Assembly (NCBI GenBank): GCA_002633005.1
Contig: NMRA01000012.1
Coordinates: forward strand, 62,001-126,000
DNA: 64,000 bases
Source: Phoronis australis
Taxonomy: Eukaryota; Animalia; Phoronida
Direction: 5' to 3'
Part shown: positions 11,583 through 23,480 of the stretch, one piece after another
How positions within the stretch are numbered: the stretch's first letter is position 1
How the letters are laid out: each line of letters opens with the position of its first letter
The notes under the pieces: model-generated
Database searches by the model: none
Seen by the model: only the letters and a program-made list of their open reading frames with translations
What the model was told of the DNA's origin: nothing
Translations under genes and position numbers: made by a program

Positions 11583-12467
11583 CTAAAATTGTGAAAGTCA
11601 ACACTTTCATAATTTTTCGCAATCATCATTACACTTGGGAAACACCAAAGTTAAAGTGGAGAATAAGTTCTACAAACATATGGGAATTTTGTGTGGTTCG
11701 TTGATTAATAGCGTAAATTCAGAAATGCTAACTCACGGCTTTGAGGAAAACTTAAGTTATCTCCAGAGCTACAATGAAGTTCTTTTGATCCTGCTCTATA
11801 ACATCATTTGTCCACATACACACTCCTTATTCAACATCAATAAAATTCTGGTTACACAAATCATATGAATATCATAACTAACATAATACTTTGAAAACAT
11901 CAGTCTGAATGTATTGGGCACTCTTGTACACAATTCAGAAACTGGCTAAAACACCGGTGTTTTTGCTAGCACTTTCATCAGTCGCACAAAACGCCAGTAA
12001 TGTGAACGGGGATATACCTCAATGTTTTCGCCAGCCTGTCCACATGTGTTTTAGCCAGTGACACTGTTAGCATTTGCACCAATCATGTGAACCCATTACT
12101 TGTGTCACTTTTGCTGGTGGCTTGACTGGTGACAAAATTCCTAACATTTTCACTGGTACATTTGTAGCCACACCTGAACAGGGAAGGCACTCTGTGCAGA
12201 AAGTGAACCCTACATGACATCAATTTTCCGCTTAATAAGCGATTGGAGTGGGGAAGAGACAAAACAAACTGCTGGTGAAAACGAACCTTTCGTGGACAAC
12301 ACTTCTGTTTGAACAAAGCCAAACGTGATAACGCCACTGGACTATTACAACTGGTTTGACAGCCAGATACACACTGCACCTTTTGCATGGTTATTAAAAG
12401 ATGCGTTTCTATACGCACGTCTGTCGGGTTGAATTTGACACCACGAAATGTGCCCACTTGTTCCACA

Positions 12468-12554
12468 AGTAACGTGTCGTCTGATATAGAGTGAATTGAA
12501 CAAGTGGTGAGTAACGTGTGGTCTGATATAGAGTGAATTGAACAAGTGGTGAGT
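12468..12554. repeat. 42-bp tandem duplication inside a decayed Harbinger-like MITE region (GCGTCCACAC motifs, ~11950-12960)
   Basis: AGTAACGTGT(C/G)GTCTGATATAGAGTGAATTGAACAAGTGGTG x2. Confidence 0.85.
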
Positions 12555-13349
12555 CAAGCTCACCAAACGACATTCCGTCCACACACAGCTTACACTAGGA
12601 CAAATTCCACTAGTGCAACTTACAGCGCCTTTAAGTGGAGCGTCCACACACGCACACACATCCAATAACAGAAGTAAGGCGGAAGTTGTCACTCTGGGCA
12701 TGACAGTGAATAGCCGATACGTCACACAAAAGAAGAGACTTGTCTGTTAAGAAACAGCAGCTGATAATTACTTCCGCTCTATCCCACCTTTGCGGCCACA
12801 CAGCAATTACAAGTGGCGCAAGTTACCCTAGAACAAGTTACCCACCTACCACCTGGAGTAAGCAGTCACGAGTGGAGCAAGTTGCACTAGTTTAGCGTCC
12901 AGACAGCATTCAAACCTAGTGACAACTAGTTCCCTTGTTCTAAAGTACGTGTGTGCACAGGACTTCTTCAATGTACCACACAACACGGCGTAAAAGCAAA
13001 ATTTTCTAAACAAGCCTGGTTTTGCTTCTCAACAAGTTTAGTTTTGTGTAGGCGTTATTTAACAAAATCTGGTGAAATTCTGTTTGATAAATGTAACAGT
13101 GAACATTTCAACAATTGTTTTTTTTAAAGCATTATGGCATTTGAAACTAACCTTTTTTCAAATAAAATGCTTTGAGATATTAAATGAGAATTTTAAGAAC
13201 AAGCACCAGGGTTACTAGCTTGAGGTGCTTGCTCATCCACCATCTACTGTCACAATGAACAAATCACAATACCATAAGTTTTCAACTACTGCATTAATTA
13301 AATACACGACAACTGCAATTTCATTTTGTCAAATTTTGCAACTAAAATA

Positions 13350-13730
13350 TATATCTTAAACTACATTTTGCCTTGTTTAGCTGGATAAAAACAAATTCTA
13401 GTTAGGACTTTTACTCTCATAAATTGGTCTTATCATATGCCTTATCCTGATAGAATTCCATTTCCACATTAAACTAGAACATGGACCATGATCTGGAACC
13501 CTAAAATGCGCAATTTGAGGAGGTAATGATTCAGAGGCAATACATACATCTGACAGTTTCAAATTCACAATTTTAGGGTTAATGTTTACAATGTTCTAGT
13601 TGGAACATCAAAATGGAATCCTATCTGAGTAATGAATATTATCAGACGAATATAAGAGAGTATAAGGCAAATACAATCATTGTTTTTAGCCCGCTAAGCA
13701 CGGCGAAATGCAACTTTAACAAATTTTAAA
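13350..13730. repeat. Degenerate foldback (long inverted repeat), probable MITE
   Basis: Nested arms: AACCCTAAAAT/ATTTTAGGGTT, AACTAGAACAT/ATGTTCTAGTT, GATAGAATTCCATTT/AAATGGAATCCTATC, TAAAAACAA/TTGTTTTTA. Confidence 0.7.
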
Positions 13731-15141
13731 ATCTGTTGTTAGTTTGGTATGTAGTATGCAGACATCATAAAATAACATTTGGATCAAGTTTGCAATATTT
13801 TACCACAAGGTTATATACCTTTGAAAAAAAGAAAACAACAAGTACATGTGAGAAGTAATTCAAGAGCCACATTACACAACTATGAACATTTTTGCTCACA
13901 TTTTGTTTTCTTTAAAGTCTTACACCTGGGTATTGGTAATCTGTCTAATTGATTTACATGACTACCCACAATCACAGATGGTAAATGCACATTATATTCA
14001 CATAAGTTACCCCACCACAGCATCAAAAGCATCAGGCAATCAAAAACATTAAAAACAAACTAATTATACTTATATTTAAATGAACCAAATCAACACATAT
14101 CGGATGCCTCACTTGTGTCATAATAGGGCAATTAAGAAGATTAAAGCCAGTCTAAACATTTTATTCACTCACATAGGTAGGTCACACACTCAGGGCTCAG
14201 GCTGATATGCATAAATTAGCATGAACTTGGGGATCAAGTTGAAGTGGCTTCATGAAAACTAAGTTTTGATTTAGACCAAATAACATTATGAAATTGGGAC
14301 TCAAACTAGAGATGATTTCAGGGCTTCACTTCTTGGACGGAACGTAGATTTAAAGCCTCTTTAACCAATAATACACTAAGAAGGAAAGAAATATTAACCA
14401 TTATATGGCCTACATAAATGTCACAATCAAGACGGCTTATCAAAAATAATCATTAATAAGCATTTCTGAAGCCCTTCCAGATAGATTCCAACCAATTAAT
14501 AATTAAGCAGGAGCTATACTTATAAACACTACAACAGTCCTATTTTGAAATCTTACCATTACCCAAGATTCTACTTAAAGGTCGGACATTTCCAGTGGTG
14601 TGAGAACTGAGGGTGTATGATTTTGTTGAACTAATTTGAACCCTGCCATTGTACCAATATGCCAAACTGTCACTATAAAATTCACCTGTTGACAGTTAAG
14701 TAGTAATACATGAAGAGTCTGGAGAATTACCCCTGACTTCACTTCCTCATAATGAAATTGGTCTCACATTGTTCGGTTGCCATGGTGACTTTTGGCTAGG
14801 AAAGGACAGTTCTGCTTGAGAGGAGTCAGAACAACTTCTCATTTGAGTTAAGAAAATGTTGAATCATTTAGACTTGTTTAAAATCAGCAAGTAATTTAAC
14901 TCTGTGGAGTTTGATGCTGCAAGTTCATAGTCGTCTGAAATGCTGATTTTGGTAAAACCAACAGAACACACGAGACCACTCATCATCAAACCACCAATGA
15001 CATCCCAGATAACCGTTCCAATTAAGCTGAAACAAAAATCAAACTTCCCTGACAAAAGGGAATTTCAAGTAAAACTGTTTAGCCCAATAAGTTTCACTAT
15101 AGATTATAGACAACAGATTCGCAACTCCGACATTTTCTTAC

Positions 15142-15440
15142 GTACTATCCTAGGAGGCGCCACTCTCCTAAATTACCAATTTCAGTTTCCAGTTAGTAAA
15201 TTGTGACGGGAAATTCTCGAATCTATTTCACTATCCAGTACAACGAAAAATAATAATTTCGGCATTGAAACGTTGTTCAAAGTCTTCCAATAAAAGAACT
15301 GTTGGTAACGCGAGTACTTTTGGCACCCGACCACACAACAGCCAATCATGATTAGCAGACGACGTACTTGCCAGAAGTAAAACTTGCTCACTTTGCCAGG
15401 TGTCGCTAGTGAATAATGACGTCACGGCTTATGCGTAAGA
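15142..15440 (-). promoter_or_regulatory. Candidate internal promoter plus non-coding first exon
   Basis: Locally CpG-rich; AGCCAATCA (15340-15348), perfect CRE TGACGTCA (15417-15424), bZIP-like TTATGCGTAA (15429-15438), CTCF-like TGCCAGGTGTCGCTA (15394-15408); minus-strand donor TAC|gtaaga at 15141-15136. Confidence 0.4.
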
Positions 15441-16787
15441 TCACAGATTTCGTCTGTTGACAATATAGGCAATTGGTGATCCATGTACTATAGTCTATGG
15501 TTTCACTTCATAACTGACCTAAATTCCTCAACTGATACAAATTCCATGATGGGTGAAAACTGTAGGCTAATGTTACTACTGCACAGTTATCTGAGGCAAC
15601 TGTTTTATAGGTCAATCTTAAACATCTTATATTCAATTGGTAGGATGAATAAATCATTACTACAGCTTATGATAAGTTTGCTGAAAATGTTTTCCACATC
15701 CTGAATCAGGAAGACAAGAAAAGCATCAAAAACACTTCTCATATCAAAACAAGAAATAAACATCTTTTGACAACGCAATTTCAGTATCAGAATACTCACA
15801 CAACCATTAATATTCGACCCCAAACCATAGAAATATCATGACATTTACTCACCAGGCTGTTAAAATGTTCAGTTGGAAGTTGAAACTCCACACGATCCCA
15901 ATATAATTTTAGAGGTGACCTACTGTGCAATATGACATGTTATTTCTCAATAACAATGATTGCCAGCAATATAACAAGTGATGCATTGACTTTTGATCTA
16001 CTCTAGTACAAGAATAACATACTCTAGGCAAAAACAATAAGATTCTACAGAGGAAAGGGAACACACTTTTGTTGCCCATGCTCGTCCTTATCTACATCAG
16101 GGAGATTTTTAATGTACAATTCCGACTTCAACCTAACAAATACAATTTTCACAATATTATTTCATATCAGCTTAATGGTACAAACTATATATGACATCGG
16201 CAGCAGACGTATATTTTTTCTGCTAGACACAACATTTTAAACATGCACATATGCCATGAAAGATTTCACTGTGTCTAACACCATTGCAGATTACAAGGCA
16301 GAGAGCTGATATGCACTCACCATGGTGTGCATCGCATACTTGGTGTGCATCGCATACAGCAGATACGTACAAGAGGGGATCTTTATTACTTGGTGAAATG
16401 AAATTTCTCCAAGTATATTGTTTTGTCATGAGCGAGACTTTCATCAATTACCGTCACCTAATGAACATGGAGTTGCTGATTGTACACCAATCTAACGCCT
16501 CCAGCACACACTACTCGACAACTTCTTCTATCACCCATGAAAATTGTAGAGCTACTTTTACTTTGTATGTATGATCAACAAAACTGCATCTCAGAGGAAC
16601 TAACTAGGACGCCATTGTGTCTTATCTGCTACTAGATATTTATATGATGTGGACAAGCTGGCATATTTGCTGAGTTTTGTTTTGTCGATTATGACCATTA
16701 ATTCATCAGAGTCAATTTACCACATTAATCGTTATGATTTATCTATCATTACACAACAGTTGCAAATGCTAGCATGCTGTTCATATT

Positions 16788-17203
16788 AGGCCCTTTCATA
16801 CTAACGTTGATGTGTCCATGTTTTGGGGAGTTGCAGTCAGTATGAACCGTAAATTTCAGTCCTGGATTGAAGTTAACAACACCAGTTAACTTCCCAGTAA
16901 ACAGGAGAATTTAACAGTGGAGCGTCGACGCTGCGATGTGGTATGAACAGTCAACTCTGGTCCCATTGAAGTTAACAACTCAAGGGCAGTGTCACAGCTA
17001 GCAGTTGCTTGTATTTTGCTCGAATAATCACCAATCGAATTACAAATAAGATTTGTGTCGCAATTACTTCGATGGCGACAGCGCCACCTACCATTTACTT
17101 CGATGTCTGTTAATTACCGAAGCCGGTATGAACGGTTCAGTTAACTTCACGGTTTACGTCGACGCTCCGCTCAGACTGGAGTTAAGTCAGTATGACAGGG
17201 ACT
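16788..17203 (+). mobile_element. PIF/Harbinger-like MITE (TIR AGGCCCTTTCATACT), copy 1
   Basis: Left AGGCCCTTTCATACT, right AGTATGACAGGGACT; body homologous to the copies at 35067 and 55343. Confidence 0.75.
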
Positions 17204-20200
17204 ACAGGAAGCACCAGTCCAACAGTGTCTGCAAAGTGCACATTGGTTGACACAAACCAGGCCAATTGACCACATAAGACGAAAGCTGGACAGACCACCA
17301 ATGGTACAATGCCTGGATTATGGCCAGGAATTCTTCCCAGCTGGTTATGATAAAGCCCACAATAGGCCTGGCCCACAACCTAAACTTGCAACATTTCTGA
17401 ACTAGGACACAACTAGTACAGCTATACAGTAAAAACTCAAATTTATGATAAAAAACATGATTGCTAAAAGAATGTTTTTTCTATTTTAAAGATTGGTTGC
17501 TATGTTGTTAATGCTGATTTCTGTACAAAATGTTATCAAGTGGCAGCAAACTAAGCGATATTTTTAGAAGAAAACCTCCATTCGGTATAGAAATTTAAAT
17601 GCAGGTCGACTATATGATTTCAGATTTTTGTTTGGCAACCCGGTAAAAAATCCATGCGAAGTCACCACGCAGACAACCAAGCACGCACTACAAGAACTTA
17701 CCAGACAGAAGGGAGTCGGAATTGTTTGGCAAAAATCAAAAGGGCCCATTTATGACCAAAGGAACATGTGCTAATCAACCACTAACCCTGCGGGATATTG
17801 GTTGGAGGGGAAATTGGTCAGTACTGAGCCCTGGTACACTTCTAATTTTCCGTTCTTTACTAAGAAAAAACACTGTCTAGACAATCTCTGGTGCTCTGGT
17901 GTATATTTATAATATTCATCGGTGATTCAATTCAGCTATCTCCTTTATATCATTTTTGGCTGTTGTCAACTATGTGTCGTTTGTAGGAGTCACAACTTAC
18001 ACAATGCTCACCCCCATATGAGGTTTGCTAGACATGGCAAACTCAGTTCTCATTTGGCGACCTGAGATTTTCCCAGGTCACATTTGGCGAGTTGACATAA
18101 TGCTTGGAGCCCTGCACTCTACCATATTGTGTCTAGGATTAAAGAATTGTAATGGAGTTATTTACTCTTAACAAAACATCAAACAAGAAAGTAGTCCAAG
18201 GAATAAAGATGTTCAGTATATGAATTACTGGCTATTATAGTAACAATATCTGGTCACACTCCTATCACACTCCATATCAAGACCTGATGAAACATCTCAA
18301 ATCACTCAAGAAAGAACAAGAATATATGCATTTCAGTCCTGTGAAAGACACAGAGAATTTCTTAACAGCCCAATTTAAAAACTAAGAATATGAAAGTGAT
18401 TCACAAAGTTTTGCTTAGGAAGATATACCTTCTCATAATCCCTCAGCTGTTAATAAGTTGACCAACATACCTAACTAGGTCATGGGGAGCAATGATCATG
18501 ACAAGTGGACTGTTCACAACATATTACCTGGATCACCTGACTAGACAGGTATAACCATTTTAGAGTCAGGTGTGTCACTTTCACTGACAATGAAAGTGGA
18601 AATGACAGTAGCAAATACAGTATTAGGACTTGCTGTTGACCAAATTATACCATTACATAAACACCTGTATCAGGCTGAAATACTCAGCATCACATGGGTA
18701 CCTACTTAGAGGTCATAGGTGTATCTGGGGCACTTTATGTGTACTCTGTCTCAGATTTTTTATTGGCACTTTCATTATTCTTCTTAGAAAAGTGATGAGA
18801 ATATTTTCACCATTAAACACATTGGCATTAATTATAGAAATTCCCAGATACAGTTTCTGAACATTTTTATCAAAGTTTTAATACACAGAGTTTGATGAAA
18901 GCTTGTTAAAGAACTTTTCCCAATCAATACATCATTATAAAACAACATTTTTGACAAAAATGCATATCAAATGCCTAAGAAAATGGCACAGTGTTGTGAC
19001 TGACATTAAGACTCCTTTGGACTCCTAGTTTCAGAAAATACATATTTTTATGAGTCATCAGTTGCTAGTTAGATTTTTCAAGAAGACAACATTTCACTTA
19101 TGGGTACGTGTAACCCTAAATGCACTGCTAGAGGTCCAGCAACATCCCAAAACTCCTTACAGACCCTGGCCACCTTACGTTCCTGCTCATCTTAGTTTTC
19201 AGAACATATTTCCCCCGCAAAGCCATTGCTGTTGGTACCAACCAGAAGACCTGCTACACTGACCAGGCAGTGGTATGACCTGTCATTTCCCATTATGAGG
19301 GTTACCACAAACCACAACATCCAGGTTCCATGTGAATTTTCAAGGAATACCACCAAAGGCATGTCAGGGTACAGTAATGTCTCCAGTGGTACCATTAAAA
19401 AGATGGACACAACCAATTTTCGGGACAGCGACTATTCAACAGAAGTTAAATTACTGAAGTTCAGTAAATTCTAACCCAATTCATGACAAATATGGCCGTG
19501 AAAATTTCTCATTTATTTCTAAAAACATACATTGATAGAAGAAAAAATTAATGCTTTTTCATGTTCAAGTTCTCTATTATAGCTACCACAATATTTGGAA
19601 AATTGTAGGTATTCACAACTATGTTAAAAGCCCTTGCAGACTGAAGAAAGGGAAATTTTGGGGATAACTTTGACCAAAATTGGGGATAATTTCATTATAA
19701 TCAAGAGATGTGGTAATTCACTAAATGTGACTCAGGAAGTTCAGTTTCACTCTTGTTCTCTCTGGAAAACACTGACAAATCTCAGTTCACTTGCTAATGA
19801 ATAGCGCAAGACACAAAGTTACTCCCTAATTCAATACTCCTATTTTGAAGAGGTAGATCTAGATTTTAAAAAGTGAGGCTAAATGGGACAAATGTGAATA
19901 AGGATACACTGCAGCCCACGAAGCCATCAATTTCTTGGTGTCAGCACTCACTGTGCAGAGCAACTGTCACTAATTTGATTTAGGGGGAAATGATATCATA
20001 GCATACAGCAGAACACAATAGTAAGCCCCACAAACGCATAGTATCCCTGGAAATGCCTTTCACACCAACATCAACGCCATTTGCTGGTTTGGAGTCTTAG
20101 ATATGAATGGTACATATACATATACATTTATATTTGTATAACTATGATACTTAAATTACAAAAATTATGCCTGTATGACGTTTCCGTAGTACCATCTTGT

Positions 20201-21065
20201 GATAACTTCTATGGACTTCACATCAAACCATGATAACCATGGTGTCCACTAACTACCAAAGGCGGTGTGAAAGGTTCAACTACCTTGCAGTTTCCATCGA
20301 CACTCCTCTGGTATCGGGGAGCTACATTAGTATGAAAAAGCCTTTAGAGTAGTATTTCAGGATGTGGCTACTCACAATTATCTTGATGTCACTTGTTGAA
20401 TCACAGAATCATTTTAACAAAGTGATGATTCAATGTTCGTTTAACACAAACAAATCGTCTCTTCAGGACAAAACAATCCCAACAACTACCACCAAGTGTA
20501 ATCAGCAACAAAATCAATTACAAAATGCTGAAATGAATTAATAATGCCATCAACAGAGCATCTGTTTTTCATGATTTTCATTACTGGTACAGGTGTTTGG
20601 CAGTGTCAATATTTTGTTACATAAAGGAATGCTACTGTTGTTACGTGGCCTCCTCAATTATCCACTTGTGCAATTGACATTACAAACTAAGAATGCCCAA
20701 GGGAAATTCAAAACCAGAGATCTAATGACATTAATTAGCCACAAACAAAAACACAAACTCTGAGTATGCAAACTGCCAAATAAAAAGGTGAGACTGAAAC
20801 TCTCTATAACTAGAAGTGCACATGTCTTGTGGACCAAACAGGCTATGAGAACAGGGTATTGGCTTCTGAGCATCATCTCTCAGAAATGACTGATGGAATT
20901 CACGCGACACATTCACATAATATACTTTATGCACTGTCCTCAAAAATGCTGTAATTAGGAATTGCTTTACACTTTTGCGAAAGGGCCTATAAAAATATCA
21001 ATTTTATTTTATGATTGCGATGAAAAAATTATAAGTTCAATAAAACAAAATCAAAACCATACCTT

Positions 21066-22097
21066 AGAAAGAGCAACGCGGAGCGTTGAAAAGCCCCCAT
21101 GAATGCACCGCAAACGGTGTGCTTCTACAGGTGTTTATTTGTATCATAAAAATGGTACAAAATACTTCGACACAGCGTTCATGGGATCCGTCTGAAAGTT
21201 GTCATCTTCCATTGTCAACTTCATATAAATACACTTGAAATTTAATAAAGATCCTACAGACGGCTTAGGAGATACAGCTATGGGTGCAAAAAACAAAACT
21301 GCCACAGTAATTGAAGTCGGAAAATCATCGTCAACCGTCCTCTTCACACTAACAACTTTTCAGCCAATTTTCACAATCATCCTAAGAGTGGTTTGGTTGA
21401 CAGTGGGCGGAAGCTAATAAGACTCGAAAACAGTAAAAATGGCCACTGGATGGCGCAAAGTACGTTACATCTGTCAGAAAACCAGAAAATGTTTTCATTT
21501 CTTTAACAGAAAGCTATTTACCAAATTTCATGAAAATTCGTCAAGTAACTTCAGAGAAACACAGGAAACCGGAAAAAATGAAATTGCCAGCCTTGGTTGG
21601 ATTGTCTTCTGTTGTAAACTTCATATTAACACGTGCTAAATCTAATAAAGATCCTGCAGAGGGCTTAAGAGACACAGGTATGGGTGGGGAAAAACTGTCA
21701 CTTAAAGTGGTTTGGTTGATAGAGGGGCGAACGACAAAAAAACAGACTCGAAAATAGTACAAATGGCCACTAGATGGCGCAAAATGCCTCGAATCCATCC
21801 GAAAAAGGGAGATTAGCATCAACTCATTAATAGATGCCTATGTGCCAAATTTCATGAGAATTGGCTGAGGACCTTTGAACACAGAGGCAAAAAGAAAAAA
21901 CTAAAATTGCCACTAGGTGGCACAGTGGTATTCGGGCCGGTCCGAAGCTCGCTGCCCTTTGTCGTCAACACTATAGGAACATACCTGCCAAATTTCAATA
22001 AAATCCAGCGCGGGGTTTAGGAAATACAGCCGCGGACCCCGGATGCCCAGACAGACAGCAATGTGCACCCACATATAAATATATGGGTGCATGAAAA
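21066..22097 (-). mobile_element. Helentron/DINE-1-like non-autonomous element, copy B
   Basis: Left end AAAGAGCAACGCGGAGCGTTG (hairpin) followed by CCCATGAATGCAC; internal ~140-bp subunits; CAGACAGACA microsatellite; right stem TGCACCCACAT...ATATGGGTGCA then an A-run. Homologous to copy C along its length. Confidence 0.75.
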
Positions 22098-22159
22098 GTG
22101 TAACAGCATCTATGAAATTCCCTCTAAATTGTTGTTTACACTTCAAAAGTTGATACGGA

Positions 22160-22530
22160 TCTGACGACACGGAACAAGTTGTTCCAGTGTGTAGCGGGAC
22201 TGACACGGAGCAAATTGACACCGCGGTGGCAAATTTTGCCACCTGTTTGTGAGGTAGAGCAGTTTGTGCCTGAACATCTTGCTCGTGTCAATGATGTCTA
22301 AACGCGAAACTGGGGCAAGGCGGAAAGGATCATCTCTACTGTGCTTGCCTAATGACCTACGTACGGGTTCTTTGTCTCTGCAACTCTCGTCGTTTGTAAA
22401 AAACTGCGCATGTGCGATCCAGTCTCTCCAGCCTGCAATTTTCGTCTTGCCACAGTTAGTGAGTTGTGTGTGCAAACGGCCGCTTGACACTGGTCAATTT
22501 GCTCCGTGTCAGTTGCACCGGGCCAAAACG
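22160..22530. mobile_element. MITE-like element with internal inverted repeats (Harbinger-like)
   Basis: ACTGACACGGAGCAAATTGAC (22199-22219) and GTCAATTTGCTCCGTGTCAGT (22493-22514) are perfect reverse complements; a related motif occurs at 40205-40228. Confidence 0.65.
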
Positions 22531-23356
22531 TGATGTCTAAACGGGACTTATAGTAAAGTTTCAACAAACAAGAACAGATGATGACAAAACATCAAATTTT
22601 ATTTTATCCTTGAAATTTTCAACAAGAATAAACAAACCATCATTTTTGTTCGAATTTGAAGGAGCTTTACGATGTTATTGATACCATCGTCTTGCTACGA
22701 ATGTAAATTTTATTTTTGCTAAATTTTACAAAAAATGCATAATCTTGTGACTCAATTAATGACAGATTAGTAAAATTTCAAAAATCATTTACTGACTTCT
22801 ACTTTCAGAAACGTGCATTTTTTAATTGGTTAAACCCTAGAATTTCATACTTATTTCCCTAAATACGCAAACTTGTTGATAAGGTCAACCATAAACTCAA
22901 CACAGGCAACCAAAGTGATAGAAACCAAAAGAATGACACTGGCCTTGACTATAAAATGTGGTTACCTACTCAATGTTGAAATACATTAACGATGTCAACA
23001 GGAACAATAGCAGGCCGATTAAAAATGCTACCGAGTTCGTTATGTTAAATGAATAAAGCATCACATAATACAAGAAACATCAACGCGGAATGTGGATTAT
23101 TTGATGGAATCGAAAATGAGAAAAATATTATGTGGGATTAGAAAGGAAATACGACAATCAAAGCTTACCAATAAAAATAAAGTAATGGATGGTCAAACAC
23201 AGAACACGTGCTATGCGAACACTTCTACAGACAAGTCTATTTGGAACTAATAGATTACGTTTGTACAAAACAACAGTAATGAAAATAACGAAATTTACCA
23301 AAGTTACCTGTACATGAGAAATGTCCCCCCTATAATTTTAAACAGTGGAGTACTGC

Positions 23357-23480
23357 GGACCAGTGTGGTCTAGTGTGATGGTGCCCGCCTTCATTACTCG
23401 AGGTCGTGGGTTCAAGTCCCACCACTGGGCCACAATGCTAGACCCTTGAGTCAGGTTTCTAGCTCCTCAGCTCAGTTTTA
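23357..23480 (+). mobile_element. tRNA-derived SINE head
   Basis: A-box-like TGGTCTAGTGTG, B-box GGTTCAAGTCC (GAGGTCGTGGGTTCAAGTCCCACC), followed by a CCCTTGAG..AGG core typical of metazoan SINE central domains. No intact cloverleaf. Confidence 0.7.

Noticed and set aside
15853-16460. Two AG...gtgagt-bounded segments (15853-15919 and ~16321-16457) as coding exons
   Set aside because: No p160 similarity and no ATG frame ending in phase 2 that I could support.
17703-17749. ATG-containing segment MGPFDFCQTIPTPFCL ending at a strong CTG|gtaagt donor, as the first coding exon
   Set aside because: Ends in phase 0, incompatible with the phase-2 start of the bHLH exon, and has no convincing homology. 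It could still be a UTR exon.
23357-23430. tRNA gene
   Set aside because: Has A/B boxes but no consistent acceptor or anticodon stems, and continues into a SINE-like core.
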